Source: Truepera sp. (GTDB lineage Bacteria; Deinococcota; Deinococci; Deinococcales; Trueperaceae). From it: 64,000 nt of DNA. The notes under the pieces were generated by a model. That model searched no databases and was not told where the DNA came from. It worked only from the letters and a program-made list of their open reading frames with translations. Position numbers and translations under genes: made by a program. Shown piece by piece: positions 1 to 10,968 of the stretch (positions are counted from its first letter, which is position 1; each line of letters opens with the position of its first letter). The stretch covers positions 1 to 64,000 of the forward strand of contig CBDCKW010000005.1 of assembly GCA_965218435.1 (NCBI GenBank), given 5' to 3'.

Positions 1-338
1 TGTGCTTCGGGCTCGGAGAGCCACGTCTCAGCCCAAACAGAAAGGGTGTTAAGAGGAGCCTCGAGCGCCTGTCCCTTGGGTGTAAGGCGGTATTCGACCC
101 GCACTGGCGTCTCAGGGATGACCTGTCGCAAGACCAAGCCAGCAGCCTCAAGTTCCTTGAGCCTTTCTGAGAGCATCTTATCGCTGATCTCGGGTATAGC
201 TCGCCGCAGATCGTGAAACCGCACCGGCCCGTTTAGTAGGAGCTGCACGATTGCTCCGCTCCACCGTTTGCCGATAAGCTCGACAGCGGCATGAAAGCGC
301 GGACATAGTTGAATGCAGGATTCGGCGGAGGGTTCCAT
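1..338 (-). CDS. HxlR-family winged-helix transcriptional regulator (3' end runs off window)
   Basis: Manual translation MEPSAESCIQLCPRFHAAVELIGKRWSGAIV...ISDKMLSERLKELE...PVRVEYRLTPKG; not in ORF track. Confidence 0.9.
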   Translation of the reverse strand, partial: MEPSAESCIQLCPRFHAAVELIGKRWSGAIVQLLLNGPVRFHDLRRAIPEISDKMLSERLKELEAAGLVLRQVIPETPVRVEYRLTPKGQALEAPLNTLSVWAETWLSEPEA

Positions 339-384
339 AAGCAAAGTTTAGCATAAGCATAGCTGCTTATTTTTTCTCAGCTAC

Positions 385-430
385 TTGACATTCTGTAATA
401 ACCGTTCTATAGTAGCTTACAAAAGGTTAG
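385..430 (+). promoter_or_regulatory. Sigma70-type promoter for doxX plus probable HxlR operator
   Basis: TTGACA(385-390)-17 nt-TATAGT(408-413), followed by imperfect palindrome CTTACAAAAGGTTAG. Confidence 0.7.
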
Positions 431-469
431 TCAAGCTAGCCTTAATCTAATGACGGCAAGAGGTTATCT

Positions 470-976
470 ATGGCAGACATTGGGCTTCTCATTCTTCGAC
501 TGGTAGTCGGGCTTCTCCTAGCTGGACATGGCGCGCAGAAACTGTTCGGGATGTTTGGTGGTCCCGGTCTTAAAGGTACGAGCGGCTGGCTCGGGTCAAT
601 GGGCCTGCGTCCTGCGGGCATTTGGGCGATTCTTGCTGGTCTTAGCGAATTTGGTGGTGGCGTGTTACTGGCACTTGGGCTCCTTACCCCGTTTGGCGCG
701 GTTGGGGTAGTCGCGGCGATGCTGATGGCGGTGCTTTTGGCTCACCGTCAGGCGCTATGGGTGACTGACGGCGGGATGGAATACAACCTCGTGCTGATCG
801 CCACAGCTGTCGCGCTCGCCTTCACCGGCCCAGGTCAGTTTTCGCTCGACGCGGCGCTTGGTCTGAGCGTACCCCTTTCCCTGACAGCAGGGCTTGCGCT
901 ACTCGCGCTGCTTACAGTCGTGACCGCTCTGGGCACCCGTAAAGCGCCCGCCCCTGCCCAGGCCCCAGGCGACTAA
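470..976 (+). CDS. DoxX family membrane protein
   Basis: LRLVVG..HGAQKLFG, GMEYNLVL motifs. Confidence 0.9.
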   Translation: MADIGLLILRLVVGLLLAGHGAQKLFGMFGGPGLKGTSGWLGSMGLRPAGIWAILAGLSEFGGGVLLALGLLTPFGAVGVVAAMLMAVLLAHRQALWVTDGGMEYNLVLIATAVALAFTGPGQFSLDAALGLSVPLSLTAGLALLALLTVVTALGTRKAPAPAQAPGD

Positions 977-1071
977 AAGCTTTCTACTGAGCTGCGAGGA
1001 GGCACACGACTTGGTGTGCTTCCCTAGGTGCTTTTTCTTTCTCAGGCTCGACTATCAAAAAAAGGATTCTT

Positions 1072-2178
1072 GTGTCAGCTTCGCCCTCCACTAAAAGCAC
1101 GCTCACCCCCACACGCCCCTTCGAGATCGGTCTCTACTCGTTTGCCGAGCTGACCCCCGACCCCGCGACGGGTCAAGTTTTCAGTCCGGAGGAGCGCCTA
1201 CGCGACCTTTTGGAAGAGATTGAACTGGCGGATCAGGTCGGGCTCGACGTCTACGGCTTGGGCGAGCATCACCGTGCCGACTTTGTGGCGTCAGCGCCCG
1301 CCGTTGTCTTGGCTGCCGCAGCTACTCGTACGAAACGCATCCGCCTGAGTAGCGCCGTGACAGTCCTCAGCTCGGACGATCCGGTGCGTGTGTTTCAAGC
1401 TTTTGCCACGCTCGATCTACTTTCACAGGGGCGTGCCGAGATTATGGCGGGGCGCGGCTCGTTCGTCGAGTCGTATCCACTTTTTGGTTACGACTTAAGC
1501 GACTACGACGCTCTCTTTTCGGAAAAGTTGGAGCTTTTGCTCGCTATCCGGCAAGATGAGTTTGTTACCTGGTCGGGCAAACATCGTCCCAGCCTCGACC
1601 ATCTAGGGATCTATCCGCGCCCCGTGCAGGACGAACTGCCGATCTGGATCGCGGTCGGCGGCACGCCCGAGTCGGTCGTGCGGGCTGGACATTTCGGGTT
1701 GCCGCTGGCTCTCGCCATCATTGGCGGGATGCCCGAACGTTTCGTACCGTTTGCCGACCTCTACCGCGATTCTGCTGCGCGCTCAGGCTACACAGACCTC
1801 CCCGTCAGCATCAACTCGCACGCGTACCTAGCTGCTACCAGGCAACAGGCTGTTTCTGAGTACTACCCTTCCTACGCGCTCCTGATGAACCGTATTGGGC
1901 GTGAGCGCGGCTGGTCGGGAATGTCGCTTCCCCAGTTTGAAGCGCTGTGTTCGCTGCGCGGTGCCCTCGCGGTTGGAACCCCCGAAGCGGTTACCGAAAA
2001 GATCCTTTTCCAGCACGAGCTGTTTGGGCACCAGCGGTTTATGGCGCAGCTGAGCGTCGGGACGCTCCCACATAGTCAGGTCATGCACGCCATCGAACTC
2101 TTAGGGACGAAGGTCGCGCCGGTGGTGCGAGCAGAAGTTGCACGCCGCACCAAGAGGCGTTCGGCAGTGGGTATTTGA
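1072..2178 (+). CDS. LLM-class flavin-dependent oxidoreductase (luciferase-like)
   Basis: [27 protein letters not shown] motifs. Confidence 0.92.
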   Translation: MSASPSTKSTLTPTRPFEIGLYSFAELTPDPATGQVFSPEERLRDLLEEIELADQVGLDVYGLGEHHRADFVASAPAVVLAAAATRTKRIRLSSAVTVLSSDDPVRVFQAFATLDLLSQGRAEIMAGRGSFVESYPLFGYDLSDYDALFSEKLELLLAIRQDEFVTWSGKHRPSLDHLGIYPRPVQDELPIWIAVGGTPESVVRAGHFGLPLALAIIGGMPERFVPFADLYRDSAARSGYTDLPVSINSHAYLAATRQQAVSEYYPSYALLMNRIGRERGWSGMSLPQFEALCSLRGALAVGTPEAVTEKILFQHELFGHQRFMAQLSVGTLPHSQVMHAIELLGTKVAPVVRAEVARRTKRRSAVGI

Positions 2179-2469
2179 CTTTACCTATAAGGGAACTACC
2201 TCTTTCTGCTCAAGCAAGCCCGGTACTGGCGTTGTTACATTAACTTTGGCTAAGATTGTTGAATACAGCTTGCTTACGCAACCGGCCGTACCTTTTATGC
2301 GGTTGCCACTAACTCAGTCACTTCGCGCCAAGTTGCGAACCGCTCAGACAGAGTTTGGCGGTAGTCGGCTGCTTCAAGCAAATGGCAAGATGGGCGAAAG
2401 TGAGTGTTGAGGGGCTCGAAGATGGACAGAAAGCGCCCTACATGGCCGGGAGACTTGAAGCACTGATAG

Positions 2470-2570
2470 CAGCCCCACGATAGGGCAAGGCCCACGTACT
2501 TGCCCCACTAGGGGCGGGCTAGTGCCCGTACAAGTGGCCGTACCCTAGGGCGGGTCTAGTGACCCCTATG
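2470..2570. repeat. Cluster of three degenerate REP-like GC hairpins
   Basis: TAGGGCAAG..CTTGCCC, CACTAG-GGGCGGG-CTAGTG, TAGGGCGGGTCTAGTGACCC. Confidence 0.4.
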
Positions 2571-2579
2571 CTGAAGCGC

Positions 2580-2958
2580 CCGTTCTCGTCGCCTCGTTCT
2601 CTGATGCGAGTTCTCAGCACGGTTGTTTAGATACCGGCTCTGACGATGTTCAGTGTGGTGCAGCAACGCAGGGCAGCCCTATAGCTTCGTAGCTTGTCGG
2701 TCACGACCACCCTTGGCTTGGCGTTGTCCCGCAGCAGTTTGCGTAAAGAACGCTTGGCTGCCCTTTTGTCACGTTTGCTTGTCACCAGGATGTCGAGTGT
2801 ATTGCCCATTTGATCGACTGCCCTCCACAGGTAGCGCCGTTCGCCACCGATATCCCGAAGCGGTAGTAAAGCCAGAGGCAGTGATTGATGATCTCGGCGG
2901 GGAAGCGGTGACGTTTGTAGAGGTCGGTGCTCATAAGTTGCCAACCTTAACATGAGCC
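2580..2958 (-). pseudogene. IS6-family transposase remnant with internal deletion
   Basis: MSTDLYKRHRFPAEIINHCLWLYYRF (ATG 2934) joined directly to RYLWRAVDQ..LDILV..VVVTDKLRSY. Confidence 0.85.
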
Positions 2959-3017
2959 TTGAGTTGCCCCGGAGTTAATGTGACAATTCCCGACTGCGGC
3001 TTTCATCCGTCTCCTCT

Positions 3018-3644
3018 CTATCTTATGCCTTTCACGAAGTGGAGCTCGACGCCCGAGAGCGGCGCGCCGACGTCGTGCAGGGCTCCGCCCCGTGCCAGCG
3101 ATCCCAGGTCGAGCGCTTTGAAGCCGAGGCTGTCGAGCAGATCGATAACGACGCGCTTTGCCTCCTGGTCGTCACCCGAAGTAAAGAGAACCGTTCGGGG
3201 CTTGTTCGGACTGAAGTCCTTGATCCACTCCATCGGAATGTTACTGATGGACTTTACAAGCCGGGCACCCGGTACCAGCTCGGACACGATTTCGCTCGAC
3301 GTACGACCACCCAGCGCAGCGCGCGAGCGCGCGATCCCTGCGGGGCTGAAGTCGGCGGGTTTGTCGGCGTGGGCATTGGTGGCATCAATGAGGATTTGGC
3401 CATCCCACCTTAACCCTTCAACGGCCTTCGGCACGTCAGGCCAGTTGACAGAGAGAACGACCAAGTCTGTCTTCAAGACATCGTCCCGCGTCCCCGCTTC
3501 CGCGCCGTCGCCGAGTTCAGCGACGACATCGGCGAGGGTGTCAGGCCTGCGAGAGTTGGAGATCATCACCTGGTGTCCGTTGACGAGCATGTGGCGCGCT
3601 ATCGTACGTACTGCATTACCCGCTCCAATAATTCCGATACGCAT
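3018..3644 (-). CDS. NADPH-dependent F420 reductase-like oxidoreductase
   Basis: MRIGIIGAG Rossmann motif, LIDATN, DLGSL. Confidence 0.85.
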   Translation of the reverse strand: MRIGIIGAGNAVRTIARHMLVNGHQVMISNSRRPDTLADVVAELGDGAEAGTRDDVLKTDLVVLSVNWPDVPKAVEGLRWDGQILIDATNAHADKPADFSPAGIARSRAALGGRTSSEIVSELVPGARLVKSISNIPMEWIKDFSPNKPRTVLFTSGDDQEAKRVVIDLLDSLGFKALDLGSLARGGALHDVGAPLSGVELHFVKGIR

Positions 3645-3868
3645 AGCGATCATCTCCCAATTGCAATTATTATAGGGTAGTATTCCCTGCGTTCGCGTCT
3701 TAAAGGCGCGTGGCAACTCCGAAGACCGGATTATTGCGATGGCGATTTGTCTTCACTGCGGTGCGACGCCGACGGTCGCCGCTTCAGGAAGGGCGTTCCC
3801 AACCTGTCCCGGGGGGCTGCCGACGACAACGCGTCGGCAGCCCCCCGTGTATGAGCGGGGCGGTTCGA

Positions 3869-4411
3869 TCAGAGCTCGCCAGGCACGGCGAATCGGTAGA
3901 ACACCCCGCCGACCGGCTGAATACCGATCAGTAGCCACACCGCGTTCTCGAAGTCGCGGGCTCGTGACAGGTCCCCAACGTTGACCGGATCGTACCCGGC
4001 ATCGCGGATAAGCTGCTCAGTGACGTCGCGGGCACCGTCGTCGGCGACGTACAGGTTGCTCGGTCGCACTCGCTGCTCCCGCGCTGCGCCGAACAGCTTC
4101 CCGAAGTTCATGTTGAAGCTCTTGGCAACCGGGGCGTGGGTGAAAGACTTCACTTCGTGGGCGTAGGACTCGAAGTCGCCGTGACGCGCGGGCAGGATGT
4201 TCGTAGCGTCGATCGCTATCTTCCCCGCGAGTCCTGTCACCTTGCTCAAGGCGGGTGAGATCTCTGCGCCGGGCACGGCGATCAGGACGACGTCCGCGCT
4301 CGATGCATCCCCACCATCACGCCCAAGCCCGTCGACCTCGTGGCCTGCGTTCCGCCAAAGGTTGGCTAGCCCTCCACCGATCTTCCCTCGTCCAATCGTC
4401 ACAATCTTCAT
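3869..4411 (-). CDS. NADP oxidoreductase (F420-dependent family) dinucleotide-binding protein
   Basis: IGRGKIGG, IDATN, AKSFN. Confidence 0.85.
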   Translation of the reverse strand: MKIVTIGRGKIGGGLANLWRNAGHEVDGLGRDGGDASSADVVLIAVPGAEISPALSKVTGLAGKIAIDATNILPARHGDFESYAHEVKSFTHAPVAKSFNMNFGKLFGAAREQRVRPSNLYVADDGARDVTEQLIRDAGYDPVNVGDLSRARDFENAVWLLIGIQPVGGVFYRFAVPGEL

Positions 4412-4629
4412 TTCGGTCTCCCATGGGCTGAGGGGACGGGTCGTGACGGCGCAGCTTGCGGATGGGTAGGTTGAGTGCTCATCTTATCTTCTTTCTGTCG
4501 CAGGTCGTCTCGTTACGGACTTGAAATGAGTGTGGCCTGTTCTAGGCTCGAGTGGGCAGGTCGGCACCTGCTTCTGCTTCGTTTCGCTTGCGGAACTTTC
4601 CGGGACGCTCGCTTCTCCGAGCGGACGTG

Positions 4630-5960
4630 TTACCTGAGTAGGCTAGGCCGGTACTCTGGAAAGGCCGAGCGAATGCGGCCGAGTACCCGGTCGCGTGACG
4701 CTTCGACCCGCAGGCGTAAGCTGTCGATATCGACTCCGACGAGCTCATGATTCCATTTCACGGTGCGGCCCGCGATAAAGACGTGCCGGACATTGCTGGC
4801 GTCCATCATCGTGACTACCGTGTTTGGGGCGTTGTTCATCGGGATAGTGTTGATGAGTTCTGCGTCCAGCATAATGATGTCGGCAGCTTTGCCAGGGGTG
4901 AGTGAACCGATCTTGTGCTCGAGCTGCGTCGCCCGTGCGCCGGCCATGGTGGCCATCTCGAGAACTTGCCTGGTGGTAAGGAGTTGCGGTAAGTCCTCTT
5001 CGCCCGCGAGGTAACGCTCATTCAGGAGAGCCCGTTGCAGGGTAAAGGTCGAACGCATGATCGAAAACATGTCGGCGGTCATGTTAGTTTCTACATCCGC
5101 ATTGAGGCTTGGGAGAATACCGTGGTCTAACGCCTGCTGCAGGGGGGGCATCCCGTGTCGCATCTGCATCTCGATCGGTGTGGCCATCGAGAGATGACCG
5201 CCGGACGCGGCGATAAGCTCGAACATCTCGTCAGGCAACCGGGTCGCGTGGATGTAAAGCATGTCGGGGCCGAGTAAACCCATCTCCGACGCCCTGCGGA
5301 TAGGTTCTGAGCCGGAAGGTCCGACTTCGCCAAAGGCGTGAGAGATGAGCGGAGCGCCAAAGGCTCGAGCCAGCTCTAGATTCTCCACACTCACAAAACC
5401 GCCCAGCCCGAGCGTGACTAACTGATCGTCGGACGAGAAGTATCAGGATCTGAGTCGACCTAGGCCCCGCCTTATGTTTCCAATGGTGCCGGGGTACTCG
5501 TAGCCGGGTGAGTCTGTCCGGCCTTCAGAGTAGGCAAAGAGTGCGCGGGCACCCGAGTCTATAAGCCCTTGGATCATGGCGTCCGTATGCTCAGGGGTGT
5601 GCGAGCTCTGCGAAGTGTCGATACCTGTCGTAACGCCAGCACTGATCTGATTCAGGGCGGCAACAAGCTCGGAGATGTAGTTGTCTTCAGGATCGTAAGG
5701 CGAGCGCCCCAAATCGAACTCGTCATTTTGACCCTGCGTCCAGAGGCTCTGCACAACTGAGAAGTAAGTCTGTGCGGGCCAACTGCCGGTGGCGTCAAAC
5801 CCGAGGACACCGTTGGACACGATGCTCCGCTGAATCGTTTCGTAACGGTGGTGGTGCGTATTAACGAAGCCGGGCATGACGATCATGCCTGAAGCGTCGA
5901 CAAGCTGGACCGCTGAGGCCTCAATATTCGGCCCAACCTCGAGGATCTTGCCGCCTTCGA
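4630..5960 (-). pseudogene. Amidohydrolase family, frameshifted near 5440 and N-terminally truncated
   Basis: MPGFVNTHHH and IGSLTPGKAADII in different frames; N-terminus stops at 5960. Confidence 0.85.
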
Positions 5961-6882
5961 CTCGAGCCCCGCATTCAAGCTCTCCAAGAAGCCTACATCC
6001 GCAAGGTGGTTGACACGGTGCAGGACTTGCCTAACGTTCTCTATGAAGTCGCCAACGAGGGTCTATCGATGAAACCTTTGCCCAGATGTTGGGCCTGTCG
6101 GAAGTCCCTGACTGGGGAGACACCACGCAGTGGCAGTATTGGGTCATCAACGTCTTAAAGCAGTACGAGGAGGAGATGGGCTACACCAAACATCCCATCG
6201 GGATGACGATGCAGTTTCCCGTCGCCGACCAAACCAAGGTCAACGACGTGCTCTTCAACAGCCCCGCTGATTGGATTTCACCCGGCTATGACGACGACAT
6301 CTTCACGGAGGGTCGTAACCCGATGGCACCGGGGAGTCCGCCGTCCAGGTGGTTCGACGACCCGCCCGCCGCCGACGGCCGTAAAGTCATCCTCAGCGAC
6401 ACCGACCACTACTCGTCCATGAAGAGTAACGCGCTGTGGGCTTGGAAGTCTTCCTTCGCGGTCACAACCCGATTTTGTACGACCTCAGGATTATTAACGG
6501 AGTGAACCCTCCCGACCCCTCGGCGGGGACGCCCTCTTTCGCGTCCTATGAAGCGGCGCGCTACGCGCTGGGGGACACCCTGCGCTATGCGGAGCGGATG
6601 CAGCTGATTGACATGAACCCACGAGGCGAACTCAGCTCGACGGGTTACGTGCTGGCAAATCCCGGCCAGGCGTACTTGGTTCTCGAGCCCGGTGAAACGA
6701 CTGAACCCTTCACGGTGACGCTCGACGCAGGTACTTACACGGTCGAATGGTTCAGTGTCAACAGCCGCAAGACGAAAGAAGCTGACGAACTCACGGTCGA
6801 GAGCAAGGCAAGTCTTAGCTTCACCGCGCCGTTCGCCGAGACTGGTCCGTCCGTGGTGTGTCTAAAGCAGGTTAGCCGCTGA
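5961..6882 (+). pseudogene. Fragment of a DUF6298/glycoside-hydrolase-like protein with C-terminal collagen-binding-like domain
   Basis: AYIRKVVDTVQDLPNVLYEVANE, ILSDTDH, AWKS/FLRGHNP split over frames. Confidence 0.6.
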
Positions 6883-6906
6883 TTAAGTAGTTCCGAACTC
6901 ACTTAC

Positions 6907-7142
6907 CTAGAGGCTGTGATGAACTTCCGAAGCGGGTCTTGCTCAGTTGGGAATGCTCGCAGTGTTCCGTCCTGCTGGGCTTTTCTAAGGCTCCACTTGA
7001 CTTTTACAAGCCTTACGGAACTTGTCCTTGACGGTTGGGTAGTTGCCGTACCTGAAGGTATGAGCAGGCTCAGGGCCGAAACTTGCGGCTACAACGGCTT
7101 CCAGAAACTCATCTTGTGACTGGAGTTCATAACACGCTCTAG
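6907..7142. mobile_element. MITE, ~236 bp
   Basis: CTAGAGGCTGTGATGAAC ... GTTCATAACACGCTCTAG terminal inverted repeats; no coding capacity. Confidence 0.7.
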
Positions 7143-7153
7143 GGAAGCAATTT

Positions 7154-7861
7154 ATGACGAGCACAAATACAGACCCAAGCGCAACTCAGTTTATCGAGAG
7201 GTTGGAAGCTTACCTTTCACCTGAGCAAGCGGTCAAGTACAGAGACGCATTGGCGCAAGGCGAGGGTGACACAACGATAAACGTACGGATGGGCCAAGTC
7301 TTCGCTCTGGCTAAGGAGTTTATCGACATGCCGATACGTGAAGTTGAAGTCTTGCTCGAGAGCCCCGTCCACGAAGTGCGTGTTGGCGCAGTAAGCATCA
7401 TGGACTTTCAGGCCCGCCGCAAAAAGACGCCTGAAGCTCGTAGACGAGAACTTTTTGACCTGTACCTGAAACGTCATGACAGGATCAACAACTGGGATTT
7501 GGTAGATAGAGCCGCACCTTACGTCATCGGCGGCTACTTGTTTGACAAACCCCGTGACGTTTTGTACGAGCTAGCTCGCTCTAAAAATGTTTGGGAACGC
7601 CGCACGGCCATTACCAGCACTTACTACTTTCTGAGACAAGGTGACGTGACGGATACCTTCAACATCTCGGAAATACTGCTTAATGACGACCAACATCTCA
7701 TTCATACAGCCGTTGGCGGGTGGCTGCGTGAAGCAGGTAAAAAAGACCTTCAAAGCCTGTTGAGCTTTTTAGATGAACATGCTACCACCATGCCGCGTGT
7801 TGCCTTGCGTTACGCCACCGAACACCTCGAGAAGCCAAAAGGGAGCATTACTGGAGCCTGA
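7154..7861 (+). CDS. DNA alkylation repair protein (AlkD-like), C-terminus probably frameshifted
   Basis: INNWDLVD, WERRTAI, AVGGWLREAGK. Confidence 0.88.
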   Translation: MTSTNTDPSATQFIERLEAYLSPEQAVKYRDALAQGEGDTTINVRMGQVFALAKEFIDMPIREVEVLLESPVHEVRVGAVSIMDFQARRKKTPEARRRELFDLYLKRHDRINNWDLVDRAAPYVIGGYLFDKPRDVLYELARSKNVWERRTAITSTYYFLRQGDVTDTFNISEILLNDDQHLIHTAVGGWLREAGKKDLQSLLSFLDEHATTMPRVALRYATEHLEKPKGSITGA

Positions 7862-8089
7862 AGAAAGTCCAGGAAAACCGTGTCTCAAAAGGGAGAGAAT
7901 GGTGCAAAGAAACTGGTTGATCGTTCTGAGTGTATTCGTTGGTTTGATGTCCAACCTTGGTTGTAGAAAAGCCATGACCTTTGAAGCGGTTGACGACGTT
8001 GCCGGGGTTGACTTGTTAGGCGAAAAATTGCGAGTGGGTGGGGACGACCGCGCAAGAGAACTTCTGGCTAGCAGTAAGGCTGCTTTATC

Positions 8090-8689
8090 ATGAGTCTCCG
8101 TGTGGTGGGTGCTGGGCTACCGCGTACGGGTACAAGCTCGCTCAAGGAAGCCCTCGAGCATCTCCTGGACGGACCTTGCTACCACATGCGGGAGATTCCC
8201 AACCGCCCTTACAATTTGGGAGTGGGCTGGCAAACCGCACTTGCAGGAGAGTACCCTGACTGGGAAGAATTATTAGCTGGCTACGTTGCGACCGTAGATT
8301 GGCCTGCTTCCATGTTTTGGCGGGACCTAAGTGAAGCCAATCCTGATGTGCTGGTCCTCCTTTCCGTCCGTGATTCGCCAGCTCAGTGGCATCAGAGTGC
8401 CGACCAGAGCATTTTGCCCTACGCTCGTATGGCTCTTGCACCCGAGTGGCGGGAAGGGCGCGATTTTCTAACCCTTTTAGAACGGTTTACAGGCAGCCGA
8501 CAATGGGATAACGCCACGACACTCAAAACAGCTTATGAAAGACATAACGAGGCAGTACGCCAAAGTGTACCGCCGCAGCGGCTTTTGGAATGGCGCGTTA
8601 CCGACGGCTGGACACCTCTTTGTGAAGCACTCGGCTTGCCTGTTCCTACGACCCCGTTCCCTTGGAATAACAAAGATGGTGTTGCCTAA
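8090..8689 (+). CDS. Sulfotransferase family (Sulfotransfer_4) protein
   Basis: VVGAGLPRTGTSSLKEAL, CYHM, GWTPLC..FP.N. Confidence 0.88.
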   Translation: MSLRVVGAGLPRTGTSSLKEALEHLLDGPCYHMREIPNRPYNLGVGWQTALAGEYPDWEELLAGYVATVDWPASMFWRDLSEANPDVLVLLSVRDSPAQWHQSADQSILPYARMALAPEWREGRDFLTLLERFTGSRQWDNATTLKTAYERHNEAVRQSVPPQRLLEWRVTDGWTPLCEALGLPVPTTPFPWNNKDGVA

Positions 8690-8696
8690 GAGGAGC

Positions 8697-8730
8697 AGCA
8701 GTTCCCAACAGTAACAAGTTGGACTTGAAA
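8697..8730 (+). repeat. 34-bp intergenic repeat, copy 1
   Basis: AGCAGTTCCCAACAGTAACAAGTTGGACTTGAAA; 29/34 identical to 10218-10251. Confidence 0.8.
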
Positions 8731-8745
8731 ATCAGGGAGGAAACA

Positions 8746-9477
8746 ATGCTTAGAAGATGCTTGATCGTCCTAAATGTGTTCATCTGTCTATTGTTCAACT
8801 TCGGGTTAAGTCAAGAAGCGGTGAGCTTTGAAGCAGCTGACGGCGTAAAAGTTTTTGCTGACCTTTACTCGGCAGGTGACATATCCAACCCTATCGTGCT
8901 GCTCTTTCACCAGGCGGACTACAACAAAGAAGAGTACGAAGAGATTGCTCCCAGACTCGTCGAAGCAGACTTTAACGCGCTGGCCGTAGACCAGCGTAGC
9001 GGTGGTAACGCCTATGGCGGTGAAAATCTCACGGTCAACGCTCTGGGTAAATCTACGAGTTATCTCGAAGCTCTCCCTGACCTCGAGGCCGCTTTAACTT
9101 GGGCGAAAGAAAAAAGTTACCAAACCATCCTCATATGGGGTAGTAGCTACTCCTCTTCGCTCGTGTTCTTACTCGCAGCCGAACACCCCGAGATTGCTGG
9201 CGTCCTCTCGTTTTCACCTGGCGAGTATTTCCCCGAACCCAACCTCGTCCAAGAGGCTGCCGCGAAGGTTACGGTGCCTGTCTTTATTACCTCGGCAGGG
9301 GGTAGTGAAACCACCGAAGCTCATGCCATCTTTACGGCGGTGGCAAGTCCAGACAAGGTGGAATATGAGCCCGACGGGATCGGCGTACACGGTTCTTTGG
9401 CGCTTGTCGCATCTACGTCAACCATCCAAGAAGGTTACTGGACGGCGGTTCTTGGGTTTCTCGAGCGGATCAAGTGA
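8746..9477 (+). CDS. Secreted alpha/beta hydrolase (dienelactone-hydrolase-like)
   Basis: Signal peptide, WGSSYS nucleophile elbow, HGS. Confidence 0.8.
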   Translation: MLRRCLIVLNVFICLLFNFGLSQEAVSFEAADGVKVFADLYSAGDISNPIVLLFHQADYNKEEYEEIAPRLVEADFNALAVDQRSGGNAYGGENLTVNALGKSTSYLEALPDLEAALTWAKEKSYQTILIWGSSYSSSLVFLLAAEHPEIAGVLSFSPGEYFPEPNLVQEAAAKVTVPVFITSAGGSETTEAHAIFTAVASPDKVEYEPDGIGVHGSLALVASTSTIQEGYWTAVLGFLERIK

Positions 9478-9854
9478 ACCTGGTGGTAGCACGGTAGCAG
9501 ATCAGAGCTACTAAAGGAGGTCGGAACTGGGACTAAATCAAGGAGGAACAGGTTATGGACACTTTGGGCTGCCGCTTGCGTTGAACATGTCTCCTAAGGC
9601 TCGAGGAACTGTACCCGAGCGATGACTGGCTAAGGACGCTCCACATTCGCTCAACATTTGCTGGCGTTGGGATTCACAGAAACGAAGAAAACTAGAAATC
9701 CAGGGAGCTAAATGCCACCGGGTCGAGCCGGGGAGCTTATGAGGACATTAACACGCTTATTCAACAGAACTAATGTTGATCCTGAATATTTATCAACATA
9801 CCTGTTTGAGAGACAGAGCTAAACATATGGCTCAAGCCCTGAACGGAGACAACT

Positions 9855-10235
9855 ATGACTATCAAACGCATTATCCCGGAGATTCGTTCTCGTGATGTTG
9901 AGGCGACTAAAGGCTTTTACTGTGGGTTACTAGGTCTCGAGGTTGGCATGGAAGACGGTGCTTTCCTGATGTTGGACTCGCCGACGAACCTAAGTGCTCA
10001 GTTGACCGTCAATGATAACGGACACCCTAGCCTTCCGCCCGGCTTTGCAGTTGATGTTGGTAGCGCGGACCAAGTTCAGAAAGTGTATGAAATCCTCACG
10101 AAGCGCGGCTTTCCCCTTGTCGAGCCACTCGAGGACAAGCCTTGGGGCATTCGTCGTTTTTCAGTGATTGATCCCAACGGGGCAAGGGTGACCATTATTG
10201 GACATTTAGAAACGGATAGCAGTTCCCGACAGTAG
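9855..10235 (+). CDS. VOC/glyoxalase family protein
   Basis: FY..LLGL, DKPWGIRRFSVIDPNG. Confidence 0.9.
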   Translation: MTIKRIIPEIRSRDVEATKGFYCGLLGLEVGMEDGAFLMLDSPTNLSAQLTVNDNGHPSLPPGFAVDVGSADQVQKVYEILTKRGFPLVEPLEDKPWGIRRFSVIDPNGARVTIIGHLETDSSSRQ

Positions 10236-10251
10236 CAAGTGAGTCTTGAAA
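10218..10251 (+). repeat. 34-bp intergenic repeat, copy 2
   Basis: AGCAGTTCCCGACAGTAGCAAGTGAGTCTTGAAA. Confidence 0.8.
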
Positions 10252-10257
10252 GTTAAG

Positions 10258-10413
10258 ATCGACGCCTATCTGATTGTCGTCCATCCGGCTGTACTCATGG
10301 CCGGTCCACGAATGTTCGAGAGCTTCTCCAAAGACCTCGCTCTGGCACTCGTCGAAACGAAGGTCTTCAGCGCAGGTGCGGTCGTCCTGTACTACAACGT
10401 GAAAGCATCATAA
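10258..10413 (+). pseudogene. C-terminal fragment of RibD_C/DHFR-like protein
   Basis: IDAYLIVVHPAVLMAGPRMF...GAVVLYY* with no N-terminus. Confidence 0.7.
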
Positions 10414-10422
10414 GGAGGATAG

Positions 10423-10968
10423 ATGGGAACAGTCTTTTTAGATATGGCGATGTCGCTCGACGGGTTTGTCGGCGGGTTGGACAGTAAAGACTACGGGCTC
10501 TACGACTGGTACTTTGCGCCCTCAGGGGACGCAGCGTTTGTTCAGAACGAACTAATCGAACGAACGGGGGCGATGATTCTCGGCAAAGGCGTTTTTGGAG
10601 ATGAGCCGGGTGGGTTTGAGACACCTTATAAAGTGCTCCATTTTGTCCTTACGCACGAAGCTAGGCCGAGCGTTGAAAACGCCGGGACGACCTTTACTTT
10701 CGTCACTGAGGGAATTGAACGTACCCTAAGCCAGGCTCGTGCGGCCGCTGGTGACTAAAACGTCTGTGTCGCCGGTGGCGCGAATACAGCGCAGCAGTTT
10801 CCAAAAGCTGGACTCGTGGGCAAAGTACAAATCCACCTCGTACCTGTCTTGATCGGAGACGGGCTTCGGTTGTTCGAGCATCTGGGTTCCGAAGATGCCA
10901 AGTTGGAGAAAACTAGGGTGCTCGAGTCCGGCGGCGTCACTCACCTTCGCTTTCGCATTATCAACTAG
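10423..10968 (+). pseudogene. RibD_C/DHFR-like protein with in-frame TAA at 10756
   Basis: MSLDGF...GD*NVCVAGGANTAQQF...LIGDGLRLF. Confidence 0.85.

Noticed and set aside
8697..10251. CRISPR array
   Set aside because: Only two repeat-like copies 1.5 kb apart, no regular spacers and no cas genes
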